From Eledone cirrhosa (taxonomy: Eukaryota), in assembly GCA_964016885.1 (NCBI GenBank), contig OZ024741.1, positions 219,170,001-219,234,000 of the forward strand: 64,000 nucleotides of DNA, given 5' to 3'. Positions 51,308 to 64,000 of the stretch are shown here, piece by piece (positions within the stretch are counted from its first letter, which is position 1; each line of letters begins with the position of its first letter). The notes beneath the pieces are model-generated. The model saw only the letters and a program-made list of their open reading frames with translations. It was not told the DNA's origin and ran no database searches. The translations under genes were made by a program, and so were the position numbers.

Positions 51308-54300
51308 AGGAAGTTATACACAAGCTACTATTGTGGGAACTAACTCACAGGAGACACAGTAGAGGAAGTTATACATAAGTTACTATTGTGGGAACTAACT
51401 CACTGGAGACACAGTAGAGGAAGTTATACACAAGCTACTATTGTGGGAACTAACTCACAGGAGACACAGTAGAGGAAGTTATACATAAGTTACTATTGTG
51501 GGAACTAACTCACTGGAGACACAGTAGAGGAAGTTATACATAAGTTACTATTGTGGGAACTAACTCACAGGAGACACAGTAGAGGAAGTTATACATAAGT
51601 TACTATTGTGGGAACTAACTCACTGGAGACACAGTAGAGGAAGTTATACATAAGTTACTATTGTGGGAACCAACTCACAGGAGACACAGTAGAGGAAGTT
51701 ATACATAAGTTACTATTGTGGGAACTAACTCACGGGAGACACAGTAGAGGAAGTTATACATAAGTTACTATTGTGGGAACTAACTCACAGGAGACACAGT
51801 AGAGGGAGTTATACATAAGTTACTATTGTGGGAACTAACTCACTGGAGACACAGTAGAGGAAGTTATACATAAGTTACTATTGTGGGAACTAACTCACAG
51901 GAGACACAGTAGAGGAAGTAATACATAAGTTACTATTGTGGGAACTAACTCACGGGAGACACAGGAGAGGAAGTTATACATAAGTTACTATTGTGGGAAC
52001 TAACTCACTGGAGACACAGTAGAGGAAGTTATACATAAGTTACTATTGTGGGAACTAACTAACGGAAGACAGTAGAGGAAGTTATACATAAGTTACTATT
52101 GTGGGAACCAACTCACAGGAGACACAGTAGAGGAAGTTATACATAAGTTACTATTGTGGGAACTAACTCACAGGAGACACACTAGAGGAAGTTATACATA
52201 AGTTACTATTGTGGGAACCAACTCACAGGAGACACAGTAGAGGAAGTTATACATAAGTTACTATTGTGGGAACTAACTCACAGGAGACACAGTAGAGGAA
52301 GTTATACATAAGTTACTATTGTGGGAACTAACTCACTGGAGACACAGTAGAGGAAGTTATACATAAGTTACTATTGTGGGAACCAACTCACAGGAGACAC
52401 AGTAGAGGAAGTTATACATAAGTTACTATTGTGGGAACTAACTCACGGGAGACACAGTAGAGGAAGTTATACATAAGTTACTATTGTGGGAACTAACTCA
52501 CAGGAGACACAGTAGAGGAAGTTATACATAAGTTACTATTGTGGGAACTAACTCACTGGAGACACAGTAGAGGAAGTTATACATAAGTTACTATTGTGGG
52601 AACCAACTCACAGGAGACACAGTAGAGGAAGTTATACATAAGTTACTATTGTGGGAACTAACTCACGGGAGACACAGTAGAGGAAGTTATACATAAGTTA
52701 CTATTGTGGGAACTAACTCACAGGAGACACAGTAGAGGGAGTTATACATAAGTTACTATTGTGGGAACTAACTCACTGGAGACACAGTAGAGGAAGTTAT
52801 ACATAAGTTACTATTGTGGGAACTAACTCACAGGAGACACAGTAGAGGAAGTAATACACAAGTTACTATTGTGGGAACTAACTCATGGGAGACACAGGAG
52901 AGGAAGTTATACATAAGTTACTATTGTGGGAACTAACTCACTGGAGACACAGTAGAGGAAGTTATACATAAGTTACTATTGTGGGAACTAACTAACGGAA
53001 GACAGTAGAGGAAGTTATACATAAGTTACTATTGTGGGAACTAACTCACAGGAGACACAGTAGAGGAAGTTATACATAAGTTACTATTGTGGGAACTAAC
53101 TCACAGGAGACACAGTAGTGGAAATTATACATAAGTTACTATTGTGGGAACTAACTCACAGGAGACACAGTAGAGGAAGTAATACATAAGTTACTATTGT
53201 GGGAACTAACTCACAGGAGACACAGTAGAGGAAGTTATACATAAGTTACTATTGTGGGAACTAACTCACAGGAGACACAGTAGAGGAAGTTATACATAAG
53301 TTACTATTGTGGGAACTAACTCACAGGAGACACAGTAGAGGAAGTTATACATAAGTTACTATTGTGGGAACTAACTCACAGGAGACACAGTAGAGGAAGT
53401 TATACATAAGTTACTATTGTGGGAACTAACTCACAGGAGACACAGTAGAGGAAGTAATACATAAGTTACTATTGTGGGAACTAACTCACGGGAGACACAG
53501 GAGAGGAAGTTATACATAAGTTACTATTGTGGGAACTAACTCACTGGAGACACAGTAGAGGAAGTTATACATAAGTTACTATTGTGGGAACTAACTCACA
53601 GGAGACACAGTAGAGGAAGTAATACATAAGTTACTATTGTGGGAACTAACTCACGGGAGACACAGGAGAGGAAGTTATACATAAGTTACTATTGTGGGAA
53701 CTAACTCACTGGAGACACAGTAGAGGAAGTTATACATAAGTTACTATTGTGGGAACTAACTAACGGAAGACAGTAGAGGAAGTTATACATAAGTTACTAT
53801 TGTGGGAACTAACTCACAGGAGACACAGTAGAGGAAGTTATACATAAGTTACTATTGTGGGAACTAACTCACAGGAGACACAGTAGTGGAAATTATACAT
53901 AAGTTACTATTGTGGGAACTAACTCACAGGAGACACAGTAGAGGAAGTAATACATAAGTTACTATTGTGGGAACTAACTCACAGGAGACACAGTAGAGGA
54001 AGTTATACATAAGTTACTATTGTGGGAACTAACTCACAGGAGACACAGTAGAGGAAGTTATACATAAGTTACTATTGTGGGAACTAACTCACAGGAGACA
54101 CAGTAGAGGAAGTTATACATAAGTTACTATTGTGGGAACTAACTCACAGGAGACACAGTAGAGGAAGTTATACATAAGTTACTATTGTGGGAACTAACTC
54201 ACAGGAGACACAGTAGAGGAAGTTATACATAAGTTACTATTGTGGGAACTAACTCACAGGAGACACAGTAGAGGAAGTTATACATAAGTTACTATTGTGG

Positions 54301-55045
54301 GAACTAACTCACAGGAGACACAGTAGAGGAAGTTATACATAAGTTACTATTGTGGGAACTAACTCACAGGAGACACAGTAGAGGAAGTTATACATAAGTT
54401 ACTATTGTGGGAACTAACTCACAGGAGACACAGTAGAGGAAGTTATACATAAGTTACTATTGTGGGAACTAACTCACAGGAGACACAGTAGAGGAAGTAA
54501 TACATAAGTTACTATTGTGGGAACTAACTCACGGGAGACACAGGAGAGGAAGTTATACATAAGTTACTATTGTGGGAACTAACTCACTGGAGACACAGTA
54601 GAGGAAGTTATACATAAGTTACTATTGTGGGAACTAACTCACAGGAGACACAGTAGAGGAAGTAATACATAAGTTACTATTGTGGGAACTAACTCACGGG
54701 AGACACAGGAGAGGAAGTTATACATAAGTTACTATTGTGGGAACTAACTCACTGGAGACACAGTAGAGGAAGTTATACATAAGTTACTATTGTGGGAACT
54801 AACTAACGGAAGACAGTAGAGGAAGTTATACATAAGTTACTATTGTGGGAACTAACTCACAGGAGACACAGTAGAGGAAGTTATACATAAGTTACTATTG
54901 TGGGAACTAACTCACAGGAGACACAGTAGAGGAAGTTATACATAAGTTACTATTGTGGGAACTAACTCACAGGAGACACAGTAGAGGAAGTAATACATAA
55001 GTTACTATTGTGGGAACTAACTCACGGGAGATACACTAGAGGAAG
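51308..55045 (+). repeat. 55-bp tandem satellite (~68 copies) derived from a LINE ORF2 C-terminus
   Basis: Unit agaggaagttatacataagttactattgtgggaactaactcacaggagacacagt; flanks continue the LINE reading frame. Confidence 0.95.
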
Positions 55046-55386
55046 ACTTGCTTGGACCTTCATTTATCAACTCTCAGACGATACAGACCTCAGTAGGGAC
55101 CAGTTGCCAGGAGCAATGGAAAATGGTGAATTGTGGAGGGGGAGTGTGAGTGTGGGAGAGAGAGAGTGTGGAGGGAAAGAGAGAAAACGTCTGTGTAGAA
55201 GAGAGCCAGAAAGAGAGTGTGGAGGGGGGAAGTATATGGGAAAGAGAGAATGAGATAGTGTGGGAGGGGGAGTAGATGATGGGAGGGAGATAGAGAGAGT
55301 GTGGGAGGAAGATAGAGAGAATGAGAGAGTAAAAGAAGCAGCGACATCATCATCAACAGCAGCAACAGCAGCAACAGCATCAACAG

Positions 55387-55418
<32 letters not shown>

Positions 55419-55499
55419 ACAACAACAGCAGCCATGATGAAGTCGATTTAAGATGATGGGAGATATAATCCCATATGGAAGAAAACTTGTTACTATTAT

Positions 55500-55690
55500 T
55501 AGGTGGATTGGCAGTATGGGTGGAGGGTCGGACACCATGCTTTGATGCATAGAGTTACCTCCCTGTATGTCTGAGTTCAAATCCCGCTGAGGTTAACTTT
55601 GCCTTTCATACTTACAGGGGTCGATAAAATAAAGTACCAGTAATGTACTGCGTAATTGCTGGCCTTGTGCCAAAAGTACAAACAATTATT
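55500..55690 (+). mobile_element. Meta-like SINE
   Basis: Same family. Confidence 0.85.
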
Positions 55691-55921
55691 GGTGGTACTG
55701 TTGGTTGTTGTTGTTATTGATATTGTTGTTGTTGTTGGTGGTTGTGTTGGTGGTAGTGGCAGTGTTGTTGTTGTTGGTGGTGGTGGTGTTGGTGGTAGTG
55801 GCAGTGTTGTTGTTGGTGGTGGTGGTGGTGTTGGTGGTAGTGGCAGTGTTGTTGTTGGTGGTGTTGGTGGTAGTGGCAGTGTTGATGTTGTTGGTGGTGG
55901 TGGTGTTGGTGGTAGTGGCAG

Positions 55922-55952
<31 letters not shown>

Positions 55953-56131
55953 GGTAGTGGCAGTGTTGTTGTTGTTGGTGGTGGTGGTGTTGGTGGTAGT
56001 GGCAGTGATGTTGTTGTTGTTGGTGGTGCTGGTGGTGGTAGTGGCAGTGTTGTTGTTGTTGGTGGTGGTGGTGTTGGTGGTAGTGGCAGTGTTGTTGTTG
56101 TTGTTGGTGGTGCTGGTGGTGGTAGTGGCAG

Positions 56132-56162
<31 letters not shown>

Positions 56163-56314
56163 GGTAGTGGCAGTGTTGTTGTTGTTGGTGGTGGTGGTGG
56201 TGGTGGTAGTGGCAGTGTTGTTGTTGTTGGTGGTGGTGGTGTTGGTGGTAGTGGTGTTGGTGGTAGTGGCAGTGATGTTGTTGTTGTTGGTGGTGGTGTT
56301 GGTGGTAGTGGCAG

Positions 56315-56345
<31 letters not shown>

Positions 56346-56592
56346 GGTAGTGGCAGTGTTGTTGTTGTTGGTGGTGGTGGTGTTGGTGGTAGTGGTGTTG
56401 GTGGTAGTGGCAGTGATGTTGTTGTTGGTGGTGGTTGTGTTGGTGGTAGTGGCAGTGATGTTGTTGTTGGTGGTGGTGGTGTTGGTGGTAGTGGCAGTGT
56501 TGTTGTTGTTGTTGGTGGTGGTGGTGTTGGTGGTAGTGGCAGTGTTGTTGTTGTAGTTGTTGTTGTTGCTGGTGGTGGTGGCAGTGATGTTG

Positions 56593-56624
<32 letters not shown>

Positions 56625-56998
56625 AGTGGCAGTGCTGTTGTTGTTGCAGTTGTTGCTGTTGCTGGTGGTGGTGGTAGTGGCAGTGATGTTGTTGCTGGTG
56701 GTGTTGGTGTTGGTGGTAGTGGCAGTGATGTAGTTGCAGTTGTTGTTGTTGTTGGTGGTGTTGGTGGTAGTGGCAGTGATGTTGTTGTTGGTGGTGTTGG
56801 TGTTGGTGGTAGTGGCAGTGATGTAGTTGCAGTTGTTGTTGTTGTTGGTGGTGGTGGTAGTGGCAGTGATGTTGTTGTTGTTGTTGGTGGTGTTGCTGGT
56901 GATGGTGGTAGTGGCAGTGATGTAGTTGTTGTTGTTGGTGGCGGTAGTGGTAGTGGTAGTAGTAGTGGTAGTGTTGTTGTAGTTGTAGTTGTTGTTAT
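55690..56998. repeat. (GGT)/(GTT) compound minisatellite with ggtagtggcagt punctuation
   Basis: Direct reading. Confidence 0.95.
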
Positions 56999-57121
56999 CA
57001 GTGGCTATCAGATCCTCTGAACTGTTGATATTTGGCCAAATTGGAAGAAGGAAATGAAATCTTGAACAGACCAAAGATATTTTCTCCTCATGTCACAATC
57101 CTGAGATGAAACATTCATAAA

Positions 57122-57310
57122 TAATAATTGTTTCTACTTCTGGCACAAGGCCAGCAATTATCCCAGTACATTACTGGTACTTTATTTTATCGACCCCCGT
57201 AAGGATGAAAGGCAAAGTTAACCTCGACGGGATTTTGAACTCAGACCATAAAGGGACGTAACTCTATGCTAGAAAGCATAAGCGTCTGACTCTCTACCGA
57301 TACTGCCATA
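57122..57310 (-). mobile_element. Meta-like SINE
   Basis: Same family. Confidence 0.85.
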
Positions 57311-57314
57311 AATA

Positions 57315-58168
57315 ATAATGAAGACGGTGATGATGATATTGATGATGATGATGATGGCAATGATGGCAATGATGATGATGATAGTGATGATGGTGACGAT
57401 GATGATTATGTCGACGCTGATGATGATGATGATGACGATGACGAAGATGTTGATGATGACGATGATTGTGATGACGATGATGGTGATGATGGCAATGATG
57501 ATGATGATAGTGATGATGATGATGATGATGATAATGATGATGATGATGATGATGATGACAGTGATGATGATGATGATGATAACAATGATGATGGTGATAG
57601 TGATGATGATGATGATGATGACAGTGATGATGATGATGATGATGACAATGATGATGGTGATAGTGATGATGATGATGATGATAGTAATAATGATGATGAT
57701 GATGATTATGATGATAGTAATAATGATGATGATGGTGATGATGATGATAACAATGATGATGGTGATAGTGATGATGATGATAGTAATAATGATGATGATG
57801 ATGATTATGATGATGATTATGATGACGATGATGATGACGGTGATGATGATGATAATGAGAGGGAAGATAATAATAATAATGATGGTAATAATGATAATGA
57901 AATAAGAAATTGATAAAGGAGTAAGATGGAAATAGATAAAAAGTTTATACAAAGCAATGATGTTGTTGTTGTTGTTGGTGGTGGTGGTGTTGTTGTTGTT
58001 GGTGGTGGTGTTTGTGGTGGTGGTGGTGGTGTGTGTGGTGGTGGTGGGGTGTGGTGGTGGTGCTGGTGGAATATAAGGATCCAACATTATTTCTGTGACC
58101 AGTAATGGTCTGAGATTCTTTACCTTTTTCGTTGTATATATATATATATATATTATACATAGATGTAT

Positions 58169-58204
<36 letters not shown>

Positions 58205-58442
58205 ATATATATAGATAAACATGCATATAAATATATATATATATATATAAACATGTATGTATACGCAAACACACACACGCACACACATATATATATATAT
58301 ATATACTATTATACATATATGTATATGTGTCTGTATATATATACACATAATATAGATGATCATGTATATAGATATATATATATAAGCATGTATGTATATA
58401 TGTGTATGTGTATATATATATATTATACAAATATGTATGTGA

Positions 58443-58479
<37 letters not shown>

Positions 58480-58895
58480 AACACACAAACACACAAACAC
58501 ATATATTAAGATGGTTTCAGTGAAAACTTCAATAGCGCAATAAAATGGTTGGTGGAACTTTGGAACTGTTCCAGAACATTTCCTGTCAGTTGAAAGAAGA
58601 CAGAGTAAATAGAAACATTTATTTCTTCTTCGCCACCACCACCACCACTTTCTACTTCACCACCTTATTCTTCACCACCACCACCACCACCTTGTTGTTG
58701 TTGTTGTTGTTCTTCTTCTTCTTCTTCTTCTTCTTCTTCTTCTTCTTCTTCTTCTTCTTCTTCTTCTTCTTCTTCTTCTTCTTCTTCTTCTTCTTCCTCC
58801 TCCTCCTCTTCCTCCTCCTCCTCCTCCTCCTCTTCTTCTTCTTCTTCTTCTTCTCCTCCCCCTCCTACTCCTACTCCCCCCCATCCTCCTACCAC
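57315..58895. repeat. (TGA)n, (GGT)n, (TA)n and (TTC)n microsatellite field
   Basis: Direct reading. Confidence 0.9.
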
Positions 58896-59890
58896 ATAAA
58901 AATCCTTCCGTTGTCAAAGAGAAAACATGAATTGTTAGTTGTTAGTCGATTCTAAAGTCTAGCCAGTATCGCGATAAATGGAAAATATTTGATATTCCAA
59001 CTGATGATGTTGATCTCTTCTTTTTTTTCTCATTTATATTTCCTTTAATATATTCTGATAAACAGAACTGATAAGTTTTTCTTGTATATTTGGAAACTAG
59101 ACTAAGAGAGAGCTTAAGGCTTTAATATATATATATATATATATATGGATATATATATCTCTCTCTATATATATACATATATATATATATAGATAGATAT
59201 ATATATCCATATATATCATAATCTATAATATATATATATTTATGTATGTAACTTAGGATGCATGGGGAAAATGTTTTAAATTTAATTACTGTTTTAATAT
59301 TATATATTTGTCATGAATGAAGGCATAGTTTTGTAGTTAAGAAGTTCACTTTGGATTCTATCCCATACTGTGGCATCTTGAGTCAAAACAAGCCTTGTGA
59401 GTGAAATTGTGTCAACAGAAGCTCCGTGGAAGCTCATCAGATGGATTGTGTCTATAATTCAAAGGTGGAGCTTTGTTACATATTGTGATATCATGTTACA
59501 CTTTTTCTGGCTGAGAAAGAGCTGGTAGTATTTATGGCCATGAAATAGTTTGGTAATGCCAAAAATGTAAAATTTTATAAACATTCTCACCCTCCACCTG
59601 GCTGAGAATGATTTAATTGTATTTAAGGCCACAAGACCGTAATGCCAAAATATGTGACACAATATTTTCACACTCCACATTATGTATCAACTGTGCCTTT
59701 CCTTTGCTTAACCCACCTACACATCACCCACTTATTCTGGAGTAGGTTGTGCATCCTCAGACACACCCTTCTTTAAATAATGACTTTTTAAGGAGTCAGA
59801 GTGATTCCAGTTTAAGAACAATGAGAAAAAGATTGACGCATTATATATAACAGAGTGTTGTAGTTTGCTTGAAGCATTGTTGAATAGGAA

Positions 59891-60214
59891 ATATAAATCT
59901 AAATAATTTTAAAAGCCATACAATGCATTAGAAAATTAAAGGTGTCACAATAACAATAGAATCTTACCTTAGCAAATTTAATTCTCCCAAATATTTAAAA
60001 AACCCATTATCAAGGGAGTTTAAATCAAATCTGCCTTCCTAACAAACAACTCTTCTCTGACCAATCTTTTAAGACCTTCACAGGGATACTCCCGTGATAA
60101 TGGGTTTTTAAACCCCAAAATATTTGGGAGAATTAAATTTGGTAAGTTAAGATTCTAACGTTATCTTGGCACCTTTAATTTTCTAATGCATTGTATGGCT
60201 TTTAAAATTATTTA

Positions 60215-60222
<8 letters not shown>
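59891..60222. repeat. Fold-back element, ~130-bp inverted arms
   Basis: aataattttaaaagccatacaatgcattagaaaattaaaggtg..cccattatca / tgataatggg..cacctttaattttctaatgcattgtatggcttttaaaattatt. Confidence 0.85.
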
Positions 60223-60263
<41 letters not shown>

Positions 60264-60366
60264 TTATTTATCTATTTTTATATAGCATTCATTTTGATTT
60301 TTGAAATTTGAATTGCTTGTGTTTATACTTTTATTGGCATCACATCTTCTAGAATACCGTTATGTA

Positions 60367-60466
60367 TAGGATGTCCCCAAAAATGTATACACACTTTAAC
60401 AGCATTCTAATAAATATTGCCTGTACAAGTAATCAAAATGTGTATACATTTTTTGGAGACACCCTG
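60367..60466. mobile_element. Tc1/mariner-type MITE (~100 bp, TA TSD)
   Basis: TA|taggatgtccccaaaaatgtatacac..gtgtatacatttttggagacaccctg|TA; TIR consensus CAGGGTGTC. Confidence 0.75.
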
Positions 60467-60659
60467 TATGTATATATATATATATATATATATATAAGTT
60501 CATACATTTTAAAATGACAATTCTATAACATTAAATCATTTCACACTATATTTTGTTTCTCTTTGTCATAATGTTTCTGTAAATCTTGAAAGACTTTTCT
60601 CAACATCTGCTTTTGAAATAAAATTTCTTCACAGCACTTCACTATATTTTCAAAGAAAC

Positions 60660-63600
60660 GTTGTATATCTGTTATCTGTGTGTGTATATCTGTTATCTGT
60701 GTGTGTGTATATCTGTTATCTATGTGTGTGTATATCTGTTAACTGTGTATATCTGTTAACTGTGTGTGTGTATATCTGTTATCTGTGTGTGTGTATATCT
60801 GTTATCTGTGTGTGTATATCTGTTATGTATGTGTGTGTATATCTGTTAACTGTGTATATCTGTTAACTGTGTATATCTGTTAACTGTGTGTGTGTATATC
60901 TGTTATCTGTGTGTGTGTATATCTGTTATCTATGTGTGTGTATATCTGTTAACTGTGTGTGTGTATATCTGTTAACTGTGTGTGTGTATATCTGTTATCT
61001 GTGTGTGTGTATATCTGTTAACTGTGTGTGTGTATATCTGTTATCTGTGTGTGTGTATATCTGTTATCTATGTGTGTGTATATCTGTTAACTGTGTGTGT
61101 GTATATCTGTTAACTGTGTGTGTGTATATCTGTTATCTGTGTGTGTGTATATATGTTATCTATGTGTGTCTATATCTGTTAACTGTGTGTATATCTGTTA
61201 TCTGTGTATGTATATCTGTTATCTGTGTGTGTGTATAGCTGTTATCTGTGTATGTATATCTGTTATCTGTGTGTGTGTATAGCTGTTAACTGTGTGTGTG
61301 TATATCTGTTATCTGTGTGTGTGTATAGCTGTTATCTGTGTATGTATATCTGTTATCTGTGTGTGTGTATAGCTGTTAACTGTGTGTGTGTATATCTGTT
61401 AACTGTGTGTGTGTATATCTGTTAACTGTGTGTGTGTATATCTGTTAACTGTGTGTGTGTATATCTCTTAACTGTGTGTGTGTATATCTGTTATCAGTGT
61501 GTGTGTATATCTGTTAACTGTGTGTGTGTATATCTGTTATCTGTGTGTGTGTATATCTGTTATCTATGTGTGTGTATATCTGTTAACTGTGTGTGTGTAT
61601 ATTTGTTAACTGTGTGTGTGTATATCTGTTAACTGTGTGTGTGTATATCTGTTAACTGTGTGTGTGTATATTTGTTAACTGTGTGTGTATATATCTGTTA
61701 TCTCTGTGTGTGTATATCTATTAACTTTGTGTGTATATATCTGTTATCTGTGTGTGTGTATAGCTGTTATCTATGTATGTATATCTGTTATCTGTGTGTG
61801 TATATATCTGTTATCTGTGTGTGTGTATATCTGTTATCTGTCTGTGTATATCTGTTAACTGTGTGTGTATATATCTGTTATCTGTGTGTGTATATCTGTT
61901 AACTGTGTGTATAGCTGTTATCTGTGTGTGTATATCTGTTATCAGTGTGTGTATATCTTTATCTGTGTGTGTCTATATCTGTTAACTGTGTGTGTATATA
62001 TCTGTTATCTGTGTGTGTGTGTATAGCTGTTATCTATGTATGTATATCTGTTAACTGTGTGTGTGTATAGCTGTTATCTGTGTGTGTATATACCTGTTAT
62101 CTGTGTGTGTATATATCTGTTATCTGTGTGTGTATATCTGTTATCTGTGTGTGATATCTGTTACCTGTGTGTGTATATCTGTTATCTCTGTGTGTGTATA
62201 GCTGTTATCTGTGTGTGTATATCTGTTATCTGTGTGTGTGTATATCTGTTATCTGTATGTGTGTATATCTGTTATCTGTGTGTATATATCTGTTAACTGA
62301 GTGTGTGTATATCTGTTATCTGTGTGTATATATCTGTTATCTGTGGGTGTATATAGCTGTAATCTGTGTGTGTGTATAGCTGTTATCTGTGTGTGTATAT
62401 CTGTTAACTGTGTGTGTGTATATATGTTATCTGTGTGTGTGTATATCCGTTATCTGTGTGTGTATATCTGTTAACTGTGTGTGTGTATATATCTGTTAAC
62501 TGTGTGTGTGTATATATGTTATCTGTGTGTGTGTGTATAGCTGTTATCTGTGTGTGTGTTTATATCTGTTATCTGTTAACTGTGTGTGTGTATATCTGTT
62601 ATCTGTTGATTGCCTGTATATCTGTTATCTGTGTGTGTATATATCTGTTATCTGTGTGTGTGTATATATCTGTTATCTGTGTGTATATCTGTTATCTCTG
62701 TGTGTGTATATATCTGTTATCTGTCTCTGTGTGTGTATATCTGTTAACTGTATGCACACTTATATATTATGCACATATGTTATCTGTGTGTGTGTATATC
62801 TTTTATCTGTGTGTGTGTATATCTGTTATCTGTGTGTGTATATATCTGTTAACTATGTGTTAATCTGTTATCTGTGTATGTATATCTGTTAACTGTGTGT
62901 GCATATATCTGTTAACTGTGTGTGTATATCTGTTAACTGTGTGTGTATATATCTGTTAACTGTGTGTGTATATATCTGTTAACTGTGTGTGTGTGTATAT
63001 ATGTTAACTGTGTGTGTATATATCTGTTAACTGTGTGTGTGTATATCTGTTAACTGTGTGTGTATATATCTGTTAACTGTGTGTGTATATATCTGTTAAC
63101 TGTGTGTCTGTATATCTGTTAACTGTGTGTGTATATCTGTTAAATGTGTGTGTGTATATCTGTTAACTGTGTGTGTATATATCTGTTAACTGTGTGTGTG
63201 TATATCTGTTAACTGTGTGTGTATATCTGTTAACTGTGTGTGTGTGTATATCTGTTAACTGTGTGTGTGTATATCTGTTAACTGTGTGTGTGTATATCTG
63301 TTAACTCTGTGTGTGTATATCTGTTAACTGTGTGTGTATATATCTGTTAACTGTGTGTGTGTATATCTGTTAACTGTGTGTGTATATATCTGTTAACTGT
63401 GTGTGTGTATATCTGTTAACTGTGTGTGTATATCTGTTAACTGTGTGTGTGTGTATATCTGTTAACTGTGTGTGTGTGTATATCTGTTAACTGTGTGTGT
63501 GTATATCTGTTAACTGTGTGTGTATATATCTGTTAACTGTGTGTGTATATATCTGTTAACTGTGTGTGTGTATATCTGTTAACTGTGTGTGTATATCTGT

Positions 63601-64000
63601 TAACTATGTGTGTGTGTATATCTGTTAACTGTGTGTGTGTATATCTGTTAACTGTGTGTGTATATATCTGTTAACTGTGTCTGTGTATATCTGTTAACTG
63701 TGTGTGTATATCTGTTAACTGTGTGTGTGTGTATATCTGTTACCTGTGTGTGTGTATATCTGTTAACTGTGTGTGTGTATATCTGTTAACTGTGTGTGTA
63801 TATATCTGTTAACTGTGTGTGTGTATATCTGTTAACTGTGTGTGTGTATATCTGTTAACTGTGTGTGTGTATATCTGTTAACTGTGTGTGTGTGTATATC
63901 TGTTAACTGTGTGTGTATATATCTGTTAACTGTGTGTGTGTATATCTGTTAACTGTGTGTGTGTATATCTGTTAACTGTGTGTGTATATATCTGTTAACT
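60660..64000. repeat. ~19-25-bp minisatellite (TG)n-TATATCTGTTA(A/T)C, over 3.3 kb, runs off the window
   Basis: Direct reading. Confidence 0.95.

Noticed and set aside
51308-55045. CRISPR-like regular array
   Set aside because: No unique spacers and no cas genes; a head-to-tail satellite in eukaryotic DNA.
55656-57020. Gly/Val-rich structural protein ORF
   Set aside because: The ORF starts inside a SINE tail and consists of GGT/GTT repeats open in several frames.
58505-58586. Minus-strand exon after a strong-looking acceptor
   Set aside because: No good donor and no recognisable peptide.

Overview
Repeat-saturated, AT-rich animal genomic DNA with no complete host gene. The SINE/LINE families and (TA)n/(CAT)n/(TATG)n microsatellite load look like an octopus (coleoid cephalopod) genome; this is inferred from recalled repeat families, not from a search. 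Contents: several RTE-type LINE copies carrying a PHD-like C4HC3 finger inside the reverse transcriptase; two near full-length RTE elements (APE + RT + three C-terminal C2H2 fingers); two R4/Dong-like fragments and one CRE-like fragment with restriction-like endonucleases; a Penelope-like (Naiad-type) RT-GIY-YIG element; two non-autonomous Helitrons; MITEs; three SINE families; a tRNA-Glu pseudogene; one candidate host exon; and several minisatellites born from TE fragments. Most long ORFs in the track are microsatellite artefacts. The most interesting signals are five type-I hammerhead ribozyme motifs in small non-coding direct- or inverted-repeat units (one looks like a ~428-nt retrozyme, three share an unusual U-U pair at the base of stem II) and a conserved, covarying structured 5' leader of the RTE elements. 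All folds and alignments were done by eye.
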